Shown one piece after another: positions 11,640 to 26,940 of a stretch of 64,000 nucleotides of DNA. Within the stretch, counting starts at the first letter, position 1; each line of letters starts with the position of its first letter. A program made the position numbers and the translations under genes. The notes under the pieces were generated by a model. It made no database searches. It saw only the letters and a program-made list of their open reading frames with translations, and was not told where the DNA came from. This stretch comes from Octopus vulgaris (lineage: Eukaryota), in assembly GCA_951406725.2 (NCBI GenBank), contig OX597821.1:52576001-52640000 (forward strand), written 5' to 3'.

Positions 11640-12830
11640 TCCAGCATCACAAATTCCTTAATCCAACCGTGGGGCTGGGGGCTTCTTCGTAAATATATAG
11701 TCAGTGACATCACGTGAACAACAGAAGGGCCACCCGAAAGGATTGTAATAAGTGAGGTCAAGTGAGCGGTGGGACGACTAGCGTGGGCCTCTTTAGTTAT
11801 GGGGCAGAGGCTCGTGGCAGATGTTGTGGTCACGAAAGTAAAGGAAATGTGTGTCTAGGTTCTGGCCAGAGGATAGGCAGGTAGGGTTCCTACGGGTCTA
11901 TCCCAGCTGGAAGGTATCCACGTTATGAGACGAGAGGACCCGCGAGATATATGAGCGAAACGTCGGGTGGAATGAAATGGGATTAGCAGCTACAGAAGAT
12001 TAGAGCGTAAGGCGGTAATCAACGAATGAAGATAAGAACGTCTGGGGAGCGATAACGAGTTTTTTAAGGCTTGTGCTGTAGATGTTAGGGTCCACACATG
12101 GCAAGGGACTGCTGGGGTGGGGGGATACTCGAACTAATTTGCTACGGTCAGGGATATGATCAAATGGGCACCACAGCTCCACTAGCAATCCCTGAAAGGA
12201 AGTAGAGATGATCGTACAGACGCTGTCTACAGTGGAAGTGATGGATGGAGAAAAGGTGTTAAAACCCTCAGGGACACGAGCTGCACAACAGAATTAGGTA
12301 TCTAAAATGTGGAACAAGATGAGTAGTGTAAGGGAAGTTGATGGTGGAGAGATTAGATATAGAGGTAGTAGTGAAGTGGAGGTCGTGATGGTGGGGGAAG
12401 CGCAAGTAGAATAAGGCTGAAAAGAATTGTGGTTGACCATGTGTTGGATGGAGTTGATGTGGTGATACATGAATATGATCTGCCAACTTAGGAGGTAAAG
12501 ACGGTGGGTGTTATGTTTGGTGATACGGGGGCACTATGTGCTGTGGGTCTGCAGCAGGAAAGCTGAGAGTGCGGTGAAGAGAAACGTGCTGCTTACACCA
12601 TCGTAGCCAAGGATTTTTAGGCAGTGTTCGACGATCAGCGCTGGACAGTTCAGTTACTCTTGAAAGGAGAGACTCTGACGTTGAGGAATAAGGTAACCTA
12701 TTATTAGTATAACCTGAAATATGATACTGGGAACGAGTTCGAGGTAAACGTGGACAGATGTATCGAGGAGGAGGTAACGAGAGGAGTGTTGTTGGTAACG
12801 ATAGTGGTGCAGACAACGAAAAACGAGCTC
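11640..12830 (-). mobile_element. Highly decayed non-LTR retrotransposon, possibly a restriction-like-endonuclease clade
   Basis: GC-richer block. Minus-strand fragments PHFRYL and PTCLSSGQNLDTH..HEP..SLDLTYYNPFG..RDVT loosely resemble RT end, zinc knuckle and RLE motifs. Confidence 0.3.
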
Positions 12831-12899
12831 AGGCTATTATCAGAAGTTGGAAGCTGAACAACAACGTATCGTGCTACGCGGGCAGCACACTTGCCGGTT

Positions 12900-13320
12900 T
12901 CTGCGAGCAAACATTGTGAGAATGGAGACAGAGGACGAAGGCTTCCACAATCATCGGCTCAAAGTCAGCACGTCTGCTGAGAAACGATGGAAGTATCAGT
13001 TGGTAGGATATAAAGACCAGACATACTGTTTGACCAGGCTGGGTTTCGAGCTGAATTCATCACCAAAGATCATAGCGACGGTTCTCAAGTGTATTCTGAG
13101 GAAGTTGGACAAAATGGAAAAGGTCACAAAGTTCTATATTGACATCTTAGTGGACGAACCCGTGGTCTCGGCAACAGAAATCATTGATCACTAAAGTTCA
13201 GACTCACCGCGAAACCACCGGGGGTGATGGAAGGTGGAACTGCACTGCGGCTCAGTGTATAAAATCACAATTTGGGCCTCTTGATATATCGAAGCGGCAA
13301 AGACATTCCGGAACTAGGCC
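12900..13320 (+). mobile_element. Gypsy-type LTR retrotransposon RT fragment
   Basis: WKYQLVGYKDQTYCLTRLGFELNSSPKI...FYID(D)ILV: RT motifs B' and C (YIDD with one D deleted). Confidence 0.7.
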
Positions 13321-14826
13321 CCTGTGCATATAAGTATGTTTATTTTCCTTTCAACAGCACAATCCATAGAGAGTAAGTTTCAATACGAGTACGTAGTGAA
13401 GTTTAACAAAAGTGATAATTAAAAATCTGCTGTTCAGGGGAACTGTGGAAGATGCTTAGAAAGCGGTGCTTTAGCAACGCCTTAGCTGTAATAGCTAATC
13501 AATACTAAAAAGGTTAGCGACGGAAAACGAAACTGCAGAAAAAAAATGAGGTTGCAAAGCCGTGTTGAATATGTAGTCAAGGTTTTATGCTGTACGCTAC
13601 TGTAAGTGTATTGAATTCAAACAGATAGAAAAAACAAAACAAAACAAAACAAAAAAAAGACAAAAAACAAAATGCTAATTAAAGTGCTAGTCGCATATTA
13701 ATGTTAATGACGCTGAAACTGTATCTATGATTACTCCAGTCTATCTCAGACAGAGGTGTGTCAGAATTTTTACAGGTGAAGTTCTGAAAGCATTAGCAAT
13801 AAAAAACGCATGTCTGGTTGAAAGGTTTACAAGAGATTGAATAGCTTTAAGTCACACACAAGCATGTATATGACTAATACATTGTTCGCTTTCCAGACAT
13901 TTCTACATTACTGCATGTACTTTATATGCACTTTCTGACAAGTTGTGGTGCACCTGAGCACTGTATACAATAATTTCATTATTATTATTTAAAAAGTGTA
14001 TGATGTGATGATTGTAGGAGTGGTGTAAGAACAGTTGGCAGGTTAAAAAGAAATTAGCTTTATTTAATGGTACATCTTTAATTCTGTAAGTTACAATATT
14101 TTGTTTGCTCCTGAGAAAGGTTTTATGAAAATTTCATAACCGATTCGTGATGTAGTGTGTTTAAAACATGCAGGGATATATAACTGGATTTCTAGGTTGT
14201 CCCCATACCCTATTTGTGATCCTAATTCTTAGCTCTAAAATACAATTTTTGTAAAAAAAAAAATGTTGTTAGACTTACGATGTACATAACAACTGTTTAT
14301 AGTAAGAAAATATATGCAATTCAAAATGTGACATAGATTTCATAGTGTTGATAGGTGGCGTGACATAAAGAAAGGAGATCTTTCTGAGTGCTGCAAACGC
14401 ATCTTATCGTAATAAGAATAAATAGCGTGCCAGAGAGAAAATTCAAACGATATGGAAATAGAACTATTCAAATAAAAATTGTCGATCATGTGACAACACA
14501 AATCCTGCTATTTCATATCAGAAATTTAAAGTACACAGGAAATTAGTCATTTCATCATCTGCAGAAAAGTTGGAGCGTTGCCAGAAAAAAAAAAAAAATT
14601 AATATATTACTGGAAAAACCTAGAAAAACTTGAATGACATTATGAAACATCACTGGAATATTAACTTAACTTTTCTCAATATATGTCTTCCTGTCATAAA
14701 TTTCAGGCCATTTGCATATATGCAAATTCATTCCACTTATGATTATAGCATTGAACTATTATTTTCCAGTTAAAGACATATTCAAGTTTCAAATACAGTG
14801 GATATAATTTATACTGCTTGTAGATA

Positions 14827-14919
<93 letters not shown>

Positions 14920-15046
14920 AAATATATACATAATAGCAGTGTAATTATGCATGAAGATATTTGAATATATAAAAATGTAAATTCAAATGTTTGTAAATAC
15001 ACCTGGGTGTATGTATGTGTATATATATTTATATATATATATATAC

Positions 15047-15115
<69 letters not shown>

Positions 15116-15229
15116 TATATAAGGCCTGCTCGTTTAGCCAGCGGGGTGGCGTCATTTGAAGGCTAAAACAATACGACGCTCATTGTGACCAGCGATGTGT
15201 AGCAACATCTGATAGTCTGGACGGTCACG

Positions 15230-15308
<79 letters not shown>

Positions 15309-15901
15309 ATATATATGTATATATATTTTAATTTAGAGATAGTATACCTCTATCTCTCACCTAATAAAAAGAGTTTTTATTTTTATTTTAAATACCTACT
15401 GTTTTATTACTTAGTTTCATGAGGTATATCATCGGGTTCCTAAACCACTCCGTATTTCCCTGGAACCTCTCTCAAGATGCGACCCCAATCATTAGACCCT
15501 CATACAACTTTATCAACATTCAACACAATAAACTATATTTTAATTTTAAAACACTGAAGTATGTGTCAAATAGGTATGTTTAAATTAGGTATGTTTAAAT
15601 AACTTTCGCTGGACTCTACAGTACAAGTTATAATTCAGATAAAATTGCAAATAAAGATCAAAAGTTACAGAAATAAGAGTTACATGAATATAGTAAGGAA
15701 TTAAGAAAATTCATTTGAATGAATGAATGAAACCCTTAAATTGTGTCTAGTGAATACTCGCATGTACTTATGGGGTTACGTGAAATACTTGCTCGCTAAA
15801 ATAACGAAAATCCTTCCAACGCCGGCTTTGACGTTGAGTGAGAAGTGTGGGACAAACGAAATATACCCGAGTACATACATTCTCTCTTTCTCTCTCACTA
15901 A

Positions 15902-15939
<38 letters not shown>

Positions 15940-16194
15940 AATACATACATACATGCATACATATATATATATACATACATACATGCATGCATACATTCAT
16001 ACATACAGATACGTACATGAACTGGCTGAAGATGATGATAAAAATGTATTATATATTAGAGCATATCCCTTAAAATGCTGCTTTGTTTAGTGTCAAGAAG
16101 TGATGACAATCATATATTAACATGCTGCAAACACACACACACAACACACATGCATATATGTGTGTATATAAGAAAAGAGATGACATGCTACCGC

Positions 16195-16242
<48 letters not shown>

Positions 16243-16244
16243 AC

Positions 16245-16280
<36 letters not shown>

Positions 16281-16299
16281 TATTATTATTATTATTATC

Positions 16300-16696
16300 C
16301 GTTCTTTCTTAGGAAATAGGCTTAACATTTTCTGCGAGGGGCAAGTTGATTATATCAAACCGATTGCACGACTGTAACTTATTGTATCGTCTTTGAAAGG
16401 ATGAACGACAAAGACGACCTCGGTGGAATTTGAACTCAGAACATAAAGATGGACGAAATACCTATTTATTTACTACCCACAAGGGGCTAAACGTAGAGGA
16501 GACACACAAAGACAGACATACGGATTAAGTCGATTATATCAACCCCAATGCTCAACTGGTACTCAATTTATCGACCCCGGAATGATGAAAGCCAAAGTCG
16601 ATCTCCTCGGAATTTGAACTCAGAAAGTAACGGCAGCCGAAATACCGCTAAGTATTTTGCTCGATATGCTAAAGATTCTTCCAGCTCTAAGCCGCC
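16300..16696 (-). mobile_element. SINE family A dimer
   Basis: Two units 184 bp apart (GAAATAC at 16455 and 16639). The two units have different 3' tails. Confidence 0.85.
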
Positions 16697-17405
16697 GAGT
16701 TGAAATGTAAAGGACAGGACCAAATATTGCTACCTAGTCCGTGAATTATAGCATCTACAAAACCTCTGACCGCCAAAAATGCAGAATGTGTGAAAAGTAT
16801 GTGGAACATGCGATCTGCTTCTTAAGTGCATGTAAGAGCTGTATGAAAAAGGAATACACGCGCCTCCATGTTAAAGTCTGTTCGCACCTTAATTTGTTTT
16901 TATGTCATAAATACCGATACAAAGTAACAGAAAAATAGTATGAGCTTGCGCCTAGTAAAGTAATGCAAATAGATAGAAAAGCAACGATATTCTGGGATTA
17001 TGAATTCTGGTTGATAGATTAGTTGAGCATTGCCGACTAGACATGGGCGTATTGAACAAGAAAAATAGATACTGTAAAATCATTGATGTAGCCATTCCAA
17101 ATGAAATGAATAGTGAGGGCAAAGTGGTTGAAATATATCCAATTACTCCGAATTGAAAATAAAGATGGCAAGACTGTTTGCAATGCTAGAGGAAATGTAA
17201 AAGTGATACCACTTGTAATCAGGGCATTGGAGTCAATTCAACTGAAACTTCTTAAAGACTTCTTAAAGTGGTTGGGTATACCATGCAAAATTGAGGTACT
17301 AAAAAAAAAAACAGTCTTGCTAAGTACTGCGCATATTTTAGGGAACTATTTCCTGTCTGATGCCATGGTCGTGACTTGACAGGTAAATAAATCCTGCATG
17401 ACAAA
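16697..17405 (+). mobile_element. Dong/R4-like LINE 3' fragment
   Basis: CRMCEKYVEH..SAC zinc knuckle, IIDVAIP RLE-like motif, KVIPLVIRAL..LSTAHIL C-terminus, (TAA)n tail at 17407-17500. Confidence 0.75.
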
Positions 17406-17469
<64 letters not shown>

Positions 17470-19101
17470 TGATGATGATGATAATAATAATAATAATATA
17501 GTATAGTATCGATGTATAATTTTGAAAGAGCCCAAAGAGAAGGAAGAAAGAACTTCTGTATTTTACTTGTGTTTTATATATCGACTGAGGAATGATGAAA
17601 GGACAATTTACTTCGGCTGGATTTGAACGTTAACAACTTTACCTAGTCAATTACAGTAAAGCTCCAACAATTCTATCAATCCACTGATTTTTAAGGTCAT
17701 AGCATATCTGATTCACATTTTTCAGCAAATACAACACATTCAGAAAAATACTAAATTAATTTCTGTAGTATATCCAGCACTCCATCCTATTCTCCCATGC
17801 TATATATATCCCCCATTCTGAATTATTTACAACTATTTTGGTTCAAATCTAATGCCTTACATTCTCACTGCCAGCATCTGCAGCAATTTGCGTTAACGAC
17901 AGTCACATTATCAACAGCCAATGTGACTTGTTTCTGAAACATTATCTTTCCACGCAGGATAAAGCTGCTCAATAAAACCTTGGGGAAAATTTACTAAAAT
18001 GACAGCTTCACACTTGTTGAAACGAGGAAAGAATATGTATTAGATTTCTCTTGCATATGAATTAGAAAAAATATCTTTAAGAAAAATACAGTAATGCAAA
18101 AAATGGTTGCTTTTATTAAATTTAGGTTGAAAGTGTCTTTTAAAGTTTTGCTCGAGACAAATTGTATTCCATAAGAAAAGAATGTATTGAACACTGTAGT
18201 GCTCAAATATGCATTAAAATATGTGTAGGATGTTCTAGGTAGGGCGTTGTTTATAAAACGTTAATTTGGATGAATGTTGTTCTGGACCTGAGAAGCACCA
18301 CGAACAACAACAAATTGGTAATGATGCATTGCTTTTTATGCAGAGAAATGAATTATTATAAAAGTGTAAGGAAAGATGTATGGGAGAATTGTGCAGAATG
18401 ATAATTATCTATGCTGGAATACTGGAATGTTCAGAAAACAATCTGAAACGTAGACAATTAATTATTTCATTAATAAATAAGAGTTCTGGTTTAATAATGT
18501 ATTGACTTCTTTTCTCATTATTGAACTGTTCGGTGTTTATTTTGACACTTTGCTGTTAGTGTGAAAAGATTTCCGGCAAATTTTATCAAAAAATCTGAAC
18601 GGTTAATTATCAATTCCACAGAGTTGTTAGAAATGTAAATTTTCTCCTAAAGTTCCTCTTAAATAACATTAGTTACGTATAATCACCAAAGATGAACGAG
18701 CTGGGATTTTAAAGTTTTCGAAAGAGAGGAATATTCAATAGGAACTTTTAATAAAAATATATTTACATTTGTATTCAAATAAATGACAAGCGTTGTTATC
18801 ATATATGAATGGGCAGTGTCAATATTTTCATGACTTTCATAGAAAAGTGTTAAGAAGAGGGATATTAAGGAAATGATTCATATTTTTAAATATCATTTGT
18901 TGACACTTCAGTTTTACGTCCGGAGCATCTAGAAATAGCAACTAAATCTACCACATATAAAGCGAAGCAACCAGCTAAAAATAACAGCTGCATGTGTCTT
19001 ATAAACGCTCAATTACTATTAACAAGAAAATAACATATGTTCATGTAATAATTATATATATATATACTCATAAATATATACATACATACACACACACGCA
19101 T

Positions 19102-19156
<55 letters not shown>

Positions 19157-20194
19157 AGATCCAAGGATTGATATGTAGGAAGAAAGTTAACTTCAAGCAG
19201 TCCGGAGTAAATATAAAAAAAAACATCTTTCAAAGACAGAAGTGATTTATTGAGACGGAATATTGTCGGTGTTTTTCGTATCGAAGTACGATCAACTAAA
19301 AAAGGTTCTTTTTATATTTCCCGGTATAGCTGGAATTTCTTTCATCCTGAATCTACAAGATCGGATGCAACGTAAGACTAAAAGAATCAACCACCACGTC
19401 GAATTTCAAATGAAACAGAAGTAATCCTTTTTCAGCCTAAATCAATAATTAAAATTTATTCGTTATTCTATAATTAAAGATTGTAATTTTAATTGAGTGA
19501 CCATTATATCAATCGCGGTATAAATTACTGACAGCACAGATTAATCAATCATGAATGCTTCGACTGTGTAGGACGAACTGATAATTATAACTAATAGCGG
19601 GACCCGTGAATATTTCATGGAATTATAGGGTTATTTCTGAAAACTTTATCCGAAAAGCCTGGAAGCATAGTCTGCGTTATGCCTATTTCAAAAGATAGTC
19701 GCTCATCTGCTACTCATTGAAGCGTGAAGGAAATAGGAATATAATGATTTCTTAATGCAATTTATATATACATCTTGTATACGTTATGCACAATTTTATA
19801 GACTTAATACACAGCAATCTCCCTCTTTCTCTCTCGTTCTTATATTTACATTCACTTCTCTCTCTTTTTTCTTTTCCCCTCTTTTGTTTTCGTTCTCTCT
19901 TCAACTAATAACGTTACAGACGGGCTAGGTAACGGAGGAAAAATCTTAGTTTTAAAACAATTACACATTTCATTCATTACCACTTCTCCCGCTTGGAGGT
20001 TTGTCTATCATCCTTAATTAACCTTAATTTGGGGTCCTTTTAAACGGGATGATCTACTAGGCCTGTTAAGAATTCCAACTGAGCCTTACCTGCAAAGTCA
20101 TGCGCTGTTTACCATATCAGGTCACCATGTCGCCCACATATGGTCGTGATGCATGTGCCTCGTGTATCCTTAATAGTCAGATATGATGGGGATA

Positions 20195-21290
20195 AATGTA
20201 AAGATGGTATACAACATACTACTATGAAGGAAACATTAACAAAGGAATACTACACGAGAATGAGACTCATACTGAAAACTGACCCCAACTCTAAAAATTG
20301 CATTAACGCCCTTAACACCCTGGTACTTCCAACAGTCCAATATAGTCTTAACATCCTTAACTGGAGTCCTACGGACCTCCAACGCCCAGACAGGAAGGCA
20401 AGAAAACTACTGACATCTAAGAATATGCACCACCCAAAAGCAAACGTTGAGCATCTGTACCTACCTAGGAGTAATGGGAGAAGTGAAATGATACAGGTAG
20501 GACTGTGCTATAAGATTTCTACAATAGTAGTGAACATGTACTTATCTGGTACTGAGGACTGGATGTGCAGCTTGTGTGCAAACACGAAAGCAGCAAAAAG
20601 TCACATTCTATTGTGAATGAAGCTTGCAAAGTCGCAAGGGAACTTTGCACTAACCCTGCATTAGATGGAGAACCTGAAACTACTTCCACCAAACAAGTAA
20701 ATGGAACAAGTAGGCTGCAAAAAGACCGGGACGAAACAGATTGAGGAGTGGTAGGGCCTGAAACCCCTGCATGGACAGTATATTCTTCGAAGTCGAAATG
20801 CTGATGTAGACGAGGCAACAGCCCGTCAGTAGCTGAGAAGTTCAAGACTGAAATCAGAGACTGGCGGTTTCATATTGGCGGCACAAGATCAAAGCTTGCT
20901 TATCAGAAACTAGCAGGCTAGCATTCTTCAAAACCGTTCTGACCGTAAATGTAAATTCTGCAACACATTTGACAAAACAATAGACCTTCTCGTTTCGGAA
21001 TGTCCCGTGCTGACACGAAACGATTACAAAAATCGCCACGATAGGGCAGGTCAGTATTTACACTGGAAAATATGTAAACACTACAAAATCGGCACACCTG
21101 TTTACTAGTATAAACATCATAATGAGCCAGTCAGTTAAAGGTAAAAAATGTCACTATCCTTTGAGATTTCCCAGTCAACACCGACAGAACAATGCAGGCT
21201 AATCGTCCAGATATAATTATTAAAGACCGGCAAGATAATATTTGTAGACTGATAAATGTAAGTGTTCGCACTGACAAAAGCGTATCTATT
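20195..21290 (+). mobile_element. Dong/R4-like LINE fragment
   Basis: KEYYTRMRLILKT..NSKN.INALN, MHHPKANVEHLYLPRSNG, AAQDQSL, CKFC knuckle and ANRPDIIIKD (RLE PD motif). Confidence 0.85.
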
Positions 21291-22326
21291 AAGGCTATAC
21301 ATTTTGTGGGTGTGTCATCGTCGACTACATAGATGCCAGACTTATTTCAGACTTATTTCAAACGTAGCGTCAAACCGTACTTATTTCGTCGACTCAAAAA
21401 GGATGAAAGGCAAATTAACCTCGGAGGAAAATACCGGTAGCATTTCATTCTCCTCGCTAACCATGATAAAGAGAATTGGAGTATATTTGTTGATGCTGAT
21501 GCGAAGAAAGAGTTAATTTACTAAAACGTCAATTTTAAATGATAGGCAGTGCCAAGATGGGTGATAAAAAGCTTTTTAATGGACTTAGACGAAAAAAAAT
21601 ATACTGATAGATGAATTCAATATGGGATAATTAGAATATTTTTCATGGATTAGAAAGTCGAAATGATAGCAAAACATGTTTGATACAACAAGAAATTAAT
21701 GCAGATGGTATTAGTCGACAAAACTTTAAAATTTCTTCTTCGCATTGTGATTCCTTCAGTTTCAACATTGAAAATCTATCAATTGCCCAACATACACATC
21801 TCTGATACTAATTAAATACGTCGCACAAGAAATGACACATTCGAAATATATCCACATTGGAATGATGCGAAGAATATCAGTAAATTGTCTCTTAGCAGCT
21901 GAATATTTACCGGTTTAAAATCACGATAATTTACTGTCGGACAGGACAATTTTGTTGTAACATTTCGTGAAATTTCAATGTTTTGAAATTAGTTGAATAT
22001 GATATGTTTACAACATAACAAATAGCAATACTCAATCATATAGAGTGTATAGAATACTGAAGCAAAGTAGGTGAATGATATATATAATTGGTATAAGAAA
22101 ATTAGTTTCCTTATTTTCTATTTAGTTGCAAAATATTTCTTTCTAGACTCTAATTCGTAGATGTTCTATTTGTTTATATAACGAACGTATGAATGTTGGA
22201 TCGCACTTTATTAAACGTAAATACTCTATTAATTCGATCAATTTCACTCAGTTTTAGTTCAGACTGTCAGGAACGATATTGTTCAATAATGCGAGCAAAA
22301 AGTGTTATAGTTGCCATTTTACTTAC

Positions 22327-22438
22327 CTGCTAAATAAATCAATATTTAAGAAGACATATTCCCCGTTGTTGAAATTCAATTCCTCAGCTTGTATCATAAT
22401 GTCCCGAACAGAATCTGGGTTGGCACAAAGTACAACGA
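22327..22438 (-). CDS. Internal exon of a natriuretic-peptide-receptor-like receptor guanylyl cyclase (ANF_receptor extracellular domain)
   Basis: Acceptor TCTCTTTTTCAG, donor AG|GTAAGT, 112 bp, phase 1 to phase 2. Encodes xVVLCANPDSVRDIMIQAEELNFNNGEYVFLNIDLFS, matching from memory the NPR-family segment (V.C.sp...R..Ml.A.e.....geYVF..iDlF). Confidence 0.88.
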
Positions 22439-22516
22439 CTGAAAAAGAGATAAGATAATGTACGTATGAGATAGGCATTATATTAATTTCTTTAAAACAA
22501 AACAAAAACAAGCACA

Positions 22517-22579
<63 letters not shown>

Positions 22580-23054
22580 ATTGTATATGTAACTTATCTG
22601 ATATATACATGTATATACATCTTCACATATATATTTTCTCAGATTACCAAGCACTGAACTGCTATTTCCTTAATTCTTCATACCTTTGCCCCACAATTAA
22701 ACTATACTGCTACACATTGGTCATTCCTTTACCTCTTAATCCCCATCCATTCCTCTGTATTTTACTCTATAATACCTTTCTCTCACTATCCCAACTCCTA
22801 CTTTCAAATTATCTCCACTGACCACTGACTGATCTATATCTTAATTTTTCTGTTTTCTTTTTTCTTTATTCAGTTTATTCCTATCTTCAGGGTTTTTATT
22901 CGTTATTTTTTATAAACTCGTTATTTTTACTAATCTTCTCCCTCCTTTCTCTTTCATTTTTTCTTTCTCTCCTCTTTTTCTCTTTTTTTCTTTCATTCCA
23001 CTCTTTCTGTTTTCAATTTGACCAGACTAATACACTGATCCGAGTCACTGATAA

Positions 23055-24185
23055 TGAAACCCCCCAAAATACTAACAAGCACACTTAATGTATACATAAA
23101 CAGTGACGTAGACCGCCTCTATCTAAAGAGTAAACAAGGCAGCAGAGGCTTAACATCGATCCGAAATGCTTTTGAAAGTCGCATCATATTTCTTCCGCAA
23201 TATTTTTTAACTGCCAAGTGTCGAAATGCATCCCATGACCAAGTTTGCATACATGAGGTTGATAACATCATAAGACTTGGAAGGCAGCTGCTTGAGCAAC
23301 ACTCTGTCGGATAACTTAGAATACATGCCAAATGAAGTCGCACAGCTCTACCACAACGCATCATCACATGAAAGGATGACCCTATATGAGCAGACGACTA
23401 TGCATGGATGTGTTAATAGAAAGCACCGTGGTGATAGTAACATCGATCATCAAAGCAATTTATCATGGACGGATAGCCGGATTACTACCTTCCCTTTTGA
23501 AGTGTATGCGTTTGCAATCCAGGAACAGGAAATGTCAACCAAGTACCTCTTGCACAAACGGGAGAGAGATGCAAGAAAAACCGTAAACTGTGACAACCGA
23601 TGCAGACTTTGTAGAGTTCACACTGAAGATATCTCCTACATTATAAGTCGTTGTCCGGAAATGTCATCACGGTATTATTTACCGATGACACATGATGTTG
23701 TAGCTAGAGCACTCTATAATGAAATCTGTCGGAAGTATAATCTCGAGGACAAAGAAATAAAAGCTGATAATATGGTAGAAGTCATAGTCACTCATAATGA
23801 AACAGAATATTGGTGTAATGTACCACAATAAAATGTAAAGCACAACAAACCTGATAGAATGATTTGAGATAGAGAAGAGAAACTGTGCACAGTTGTGGAA
23901 ATTAGCTGTCGAGCGGATGTTAACATAAAGCTGAAGATCAGTGAAATAGGGAACACCTATGCTGAACTATTGAGAAATCGGCAGTTACTCTATTAAGATT
24001 ACAAGTTCAGGTTTATACCTGTAATTATTGGGGCCCAGGGATATGTAACACGTCGCCTAAATACCAATCTTGATAAATCAGGCTTCCCAAAGCCAAAAAG
24101 GTGTAAGCTAATTCGAAGACAACATATCCAATCCATCACTGGCACAGTAAAACTCTGTAAAACTTTCCAGAAGTTTATTATTTAA
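23055..24185 (+). mobile_element. Dong/R4-like LINE fragment
   Basis: INSDVDRLYL..KQG.RGL, FAIQEQE, CRLCRVHTEDISYIISRC knuckle, HNKPD and FIPVIIGA motifs, with stop codons. Confidence 0.85.
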
Positions 24186-24326
24186 ATATATATGAGCATG
24201 TGTAGATCTGTAACTATTTGTATGATAATACATACATAAATCATACAAATTTTCACATACCGGTTCTTTCTCTATTGGTAAGAAATCTTGAAAGAACCTG
24301 ATTAATTACAGGCATACATACAATAG

Positions 24327-24357
<31 letters not shown>

Positions 24358-25649
24358 ACACACGCACATACGCACAAATAACTGAAATTTATAACGTTAA
24401 ATGACAATGGACTTCACATGTTTTACAAAAATAAAACAATGCTTTGAAACTAAAAATATTCTTTGAACATTCCTAGGTAATTTAATCGGCGAAAGTTTAT
24501 TCACTTGAAGAATCATCAGAGTTTCATTCTATTGATGTCGAACCTTTGTACCATTAATTTACAGAGAATTTGTCAATTTCAGGTAAATTTCACAGAGCTT
24601 ATGGCAGAGAACATAAAACAGTGGATTTTAGAACATAATATATTTTCCGGAGAATCCTTCAGACAGCTACAGTGTTTTGTAACCTTATATATCCGGACGG
24701 AATCTCATTAGGTTTCATACTTCAATTATCAATGAAAATAAAAGAAATAAAGCAAAATTATAGTGTTGAAAGTAATAAGTGTCTGAAGTATAAAACCGCC
24801 AATAATATAAATGGATAATGTTTCTAATTATTGAATATTTGTGGACACACTTTTGAGATTGAGGTTAAACATAACTGCTTATCTTGCAACCACTGTCAAC
24901 AGGATTAATTAATTAATGAAAATTTCATTATTTTCTGTTTACATGAAAAGGAATTGTCTAATGAGAAGTAATGACAGATAAGACGTCGAGAATATTTATA
25001 CTGTCAACATTAATTTACTGATTGAGAAGTAAATGTTTTGTTTCTTTAAGTAGAGATTTAGTGAAACATTGGACTAACAATTATAGACAGATGTATTGAA
25101 ATATGTTTGTTAACATTTTGCTGTTCATTCTGTATTGCTCCATTAGCTATTGCTGAACGCGTTGGCTAAAATTTTAAATAAATGATAAAGGATATCGGAG
25201 ATAAATGTGAGCACAAAACAGACTTAAATTGATTAGTTTGCGTGTTGGCAATATTTAATTCTAATCTTTCTGGAATTAAAGATAGGAAGAAATATTTCAA
25301 ATCAAGTAATTTAAAGAAACAACGAATGCTACAGAGCTAAAGATTAAAGTGCAATCAAGGCAAATGCATGGGTATTTCATAGTAGAATATTGTGGCTTCG
25401 CATATTTTCAATTGATTTTAATTTCATATCATTTAAAGGAAGTGTTATGCTGTTTTGGTATCAGATTTCAATAAAAAATCTACTTAATATGGAAATTATG
25501 CTACAAATAAGATAAAAATTGTATGCCATTGCATGTTCACTTTTATCTGTAAAGAAAATATCACCTGAAGGTATGGGAATATTATTTAAACATCTTTTTT
25601 TTAAATTATACCTCACAGAAATAATTGTCAGTAAGGAAAAGTAATTTAA

Positions 25650-25784
25650 TGACGACGATGATGATGATGATAACGAGGATGATGATCGTGATAATGAAAT
25701 TAATAATAAAATTAATAATGATGGTAATAATAATAATGATAAGGATGATGACGATTGTGATTTCTTTATTAGATAATGATTTCT

Positions 25785-25833
<49 letters not shown>

Positions 25834-25849
25834 TAACAATAACAATAAC

Positions 25850-25902
<53 letters not shown>

Positions 25903-26020
25903 GAAGAAGAAGAAGAAGAAGAACAACAACAACAACAAGAGCAAGAACAAGAAGAAGGGGAGGAGGAGAAGAGGAAGGAGACAAGAAAGGGAGGAGGAGA
26001 AAGACAAGACTAAGAAGATG
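25650..26020. repeat. Compound trinucleotide microsatellite (GAT/AAT/AAC/AAG/GAG)
   Basis: Read directly; source of the poly-N/I/L ORFs. Confidence 0.9.
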
Positions 26021-26940
26021 TAGAATTAAAAAGGAGAAAGGATGAAATACATGCGTGGGCATGTTAAAGAAAGCCAACATTATCAAATATTAATTTAAAA
26101 GAGATAACTATATTAGGAAAAGAGGAACGCTCCGCCATGGTCGCCCGGTCTCTCAGAAACAGTGGCTTCAGTTTACTCCTTTTAAAGAAACATTGAACAA
26201 TGTAACTGTAGATCGAGATACTAAAACGAATTCAGCATGATTATAGTTGGGAGACATTTCAGCTTATATTTTCCTTCTGAACTAATTTAGGCCTACATGT
26301 AAGTAAATAAAGCCAGAATTTATGCGGTTTCTTGTGCTTGATATCAGAATGTAAATTAGTTTAAACTATAATTAGTTTCAATTGCAATTAGTGTCATTGA
26401 CAACTTAACCGGTTGATTAAGAAAAGTTAGAAAAGACAGTTATGTTAAGAAATCTAAACTGATTTCAAAATCGACATTCAAAATTTAGCGCTTCGTTTCT
26501 ATCTTACAGCTATAATTTTCAAAAGTACATACAAATATATTTATTTCTCCTCAATCCGATAGATCCAATGGCTAAACACATTGGATGTTTCAGCTCTTTT
26601 ATCCTGTTATCGCCTCTGTTATACACTATTATCCCGGAGACTGGGTGTAGTTTGATCAAAACTCGGCCTTTTGTAAGTGACATCCTTCAGACTCCACCAC
26701 AAACCGGCTTTTCGGCGGAGTCATCTAAATCCTTTTTCTACATGTTCTTCGTGGAGTTGTTTACAAGTTTACAAATGAAATAAATAAAGGTATGTTAAAT
26801 TCTGTTGTGCATTGCCAATTTATACTTAGTTCTAAATGGTGTAATCATTATTCTGATGTTATTGTATCACTCACTAGTATAAATATGTATACAACGCCTA
26901 TCAAATTAAAGTTCCCGACATAGGAACAATAATTTCATAA

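Noticed and set aside
15760-15870. LWGYVK Tc1/mariner-like motif
   Set aside because: Six residues only, with no supporting SPDL motif or TIR.
17865-17935. Candidate next exon on the minus strand (TTTCAG...GTAAGG)
   Set aside because: The frame required after the phase-2 donor hits TGA and shows no receptor similarity.
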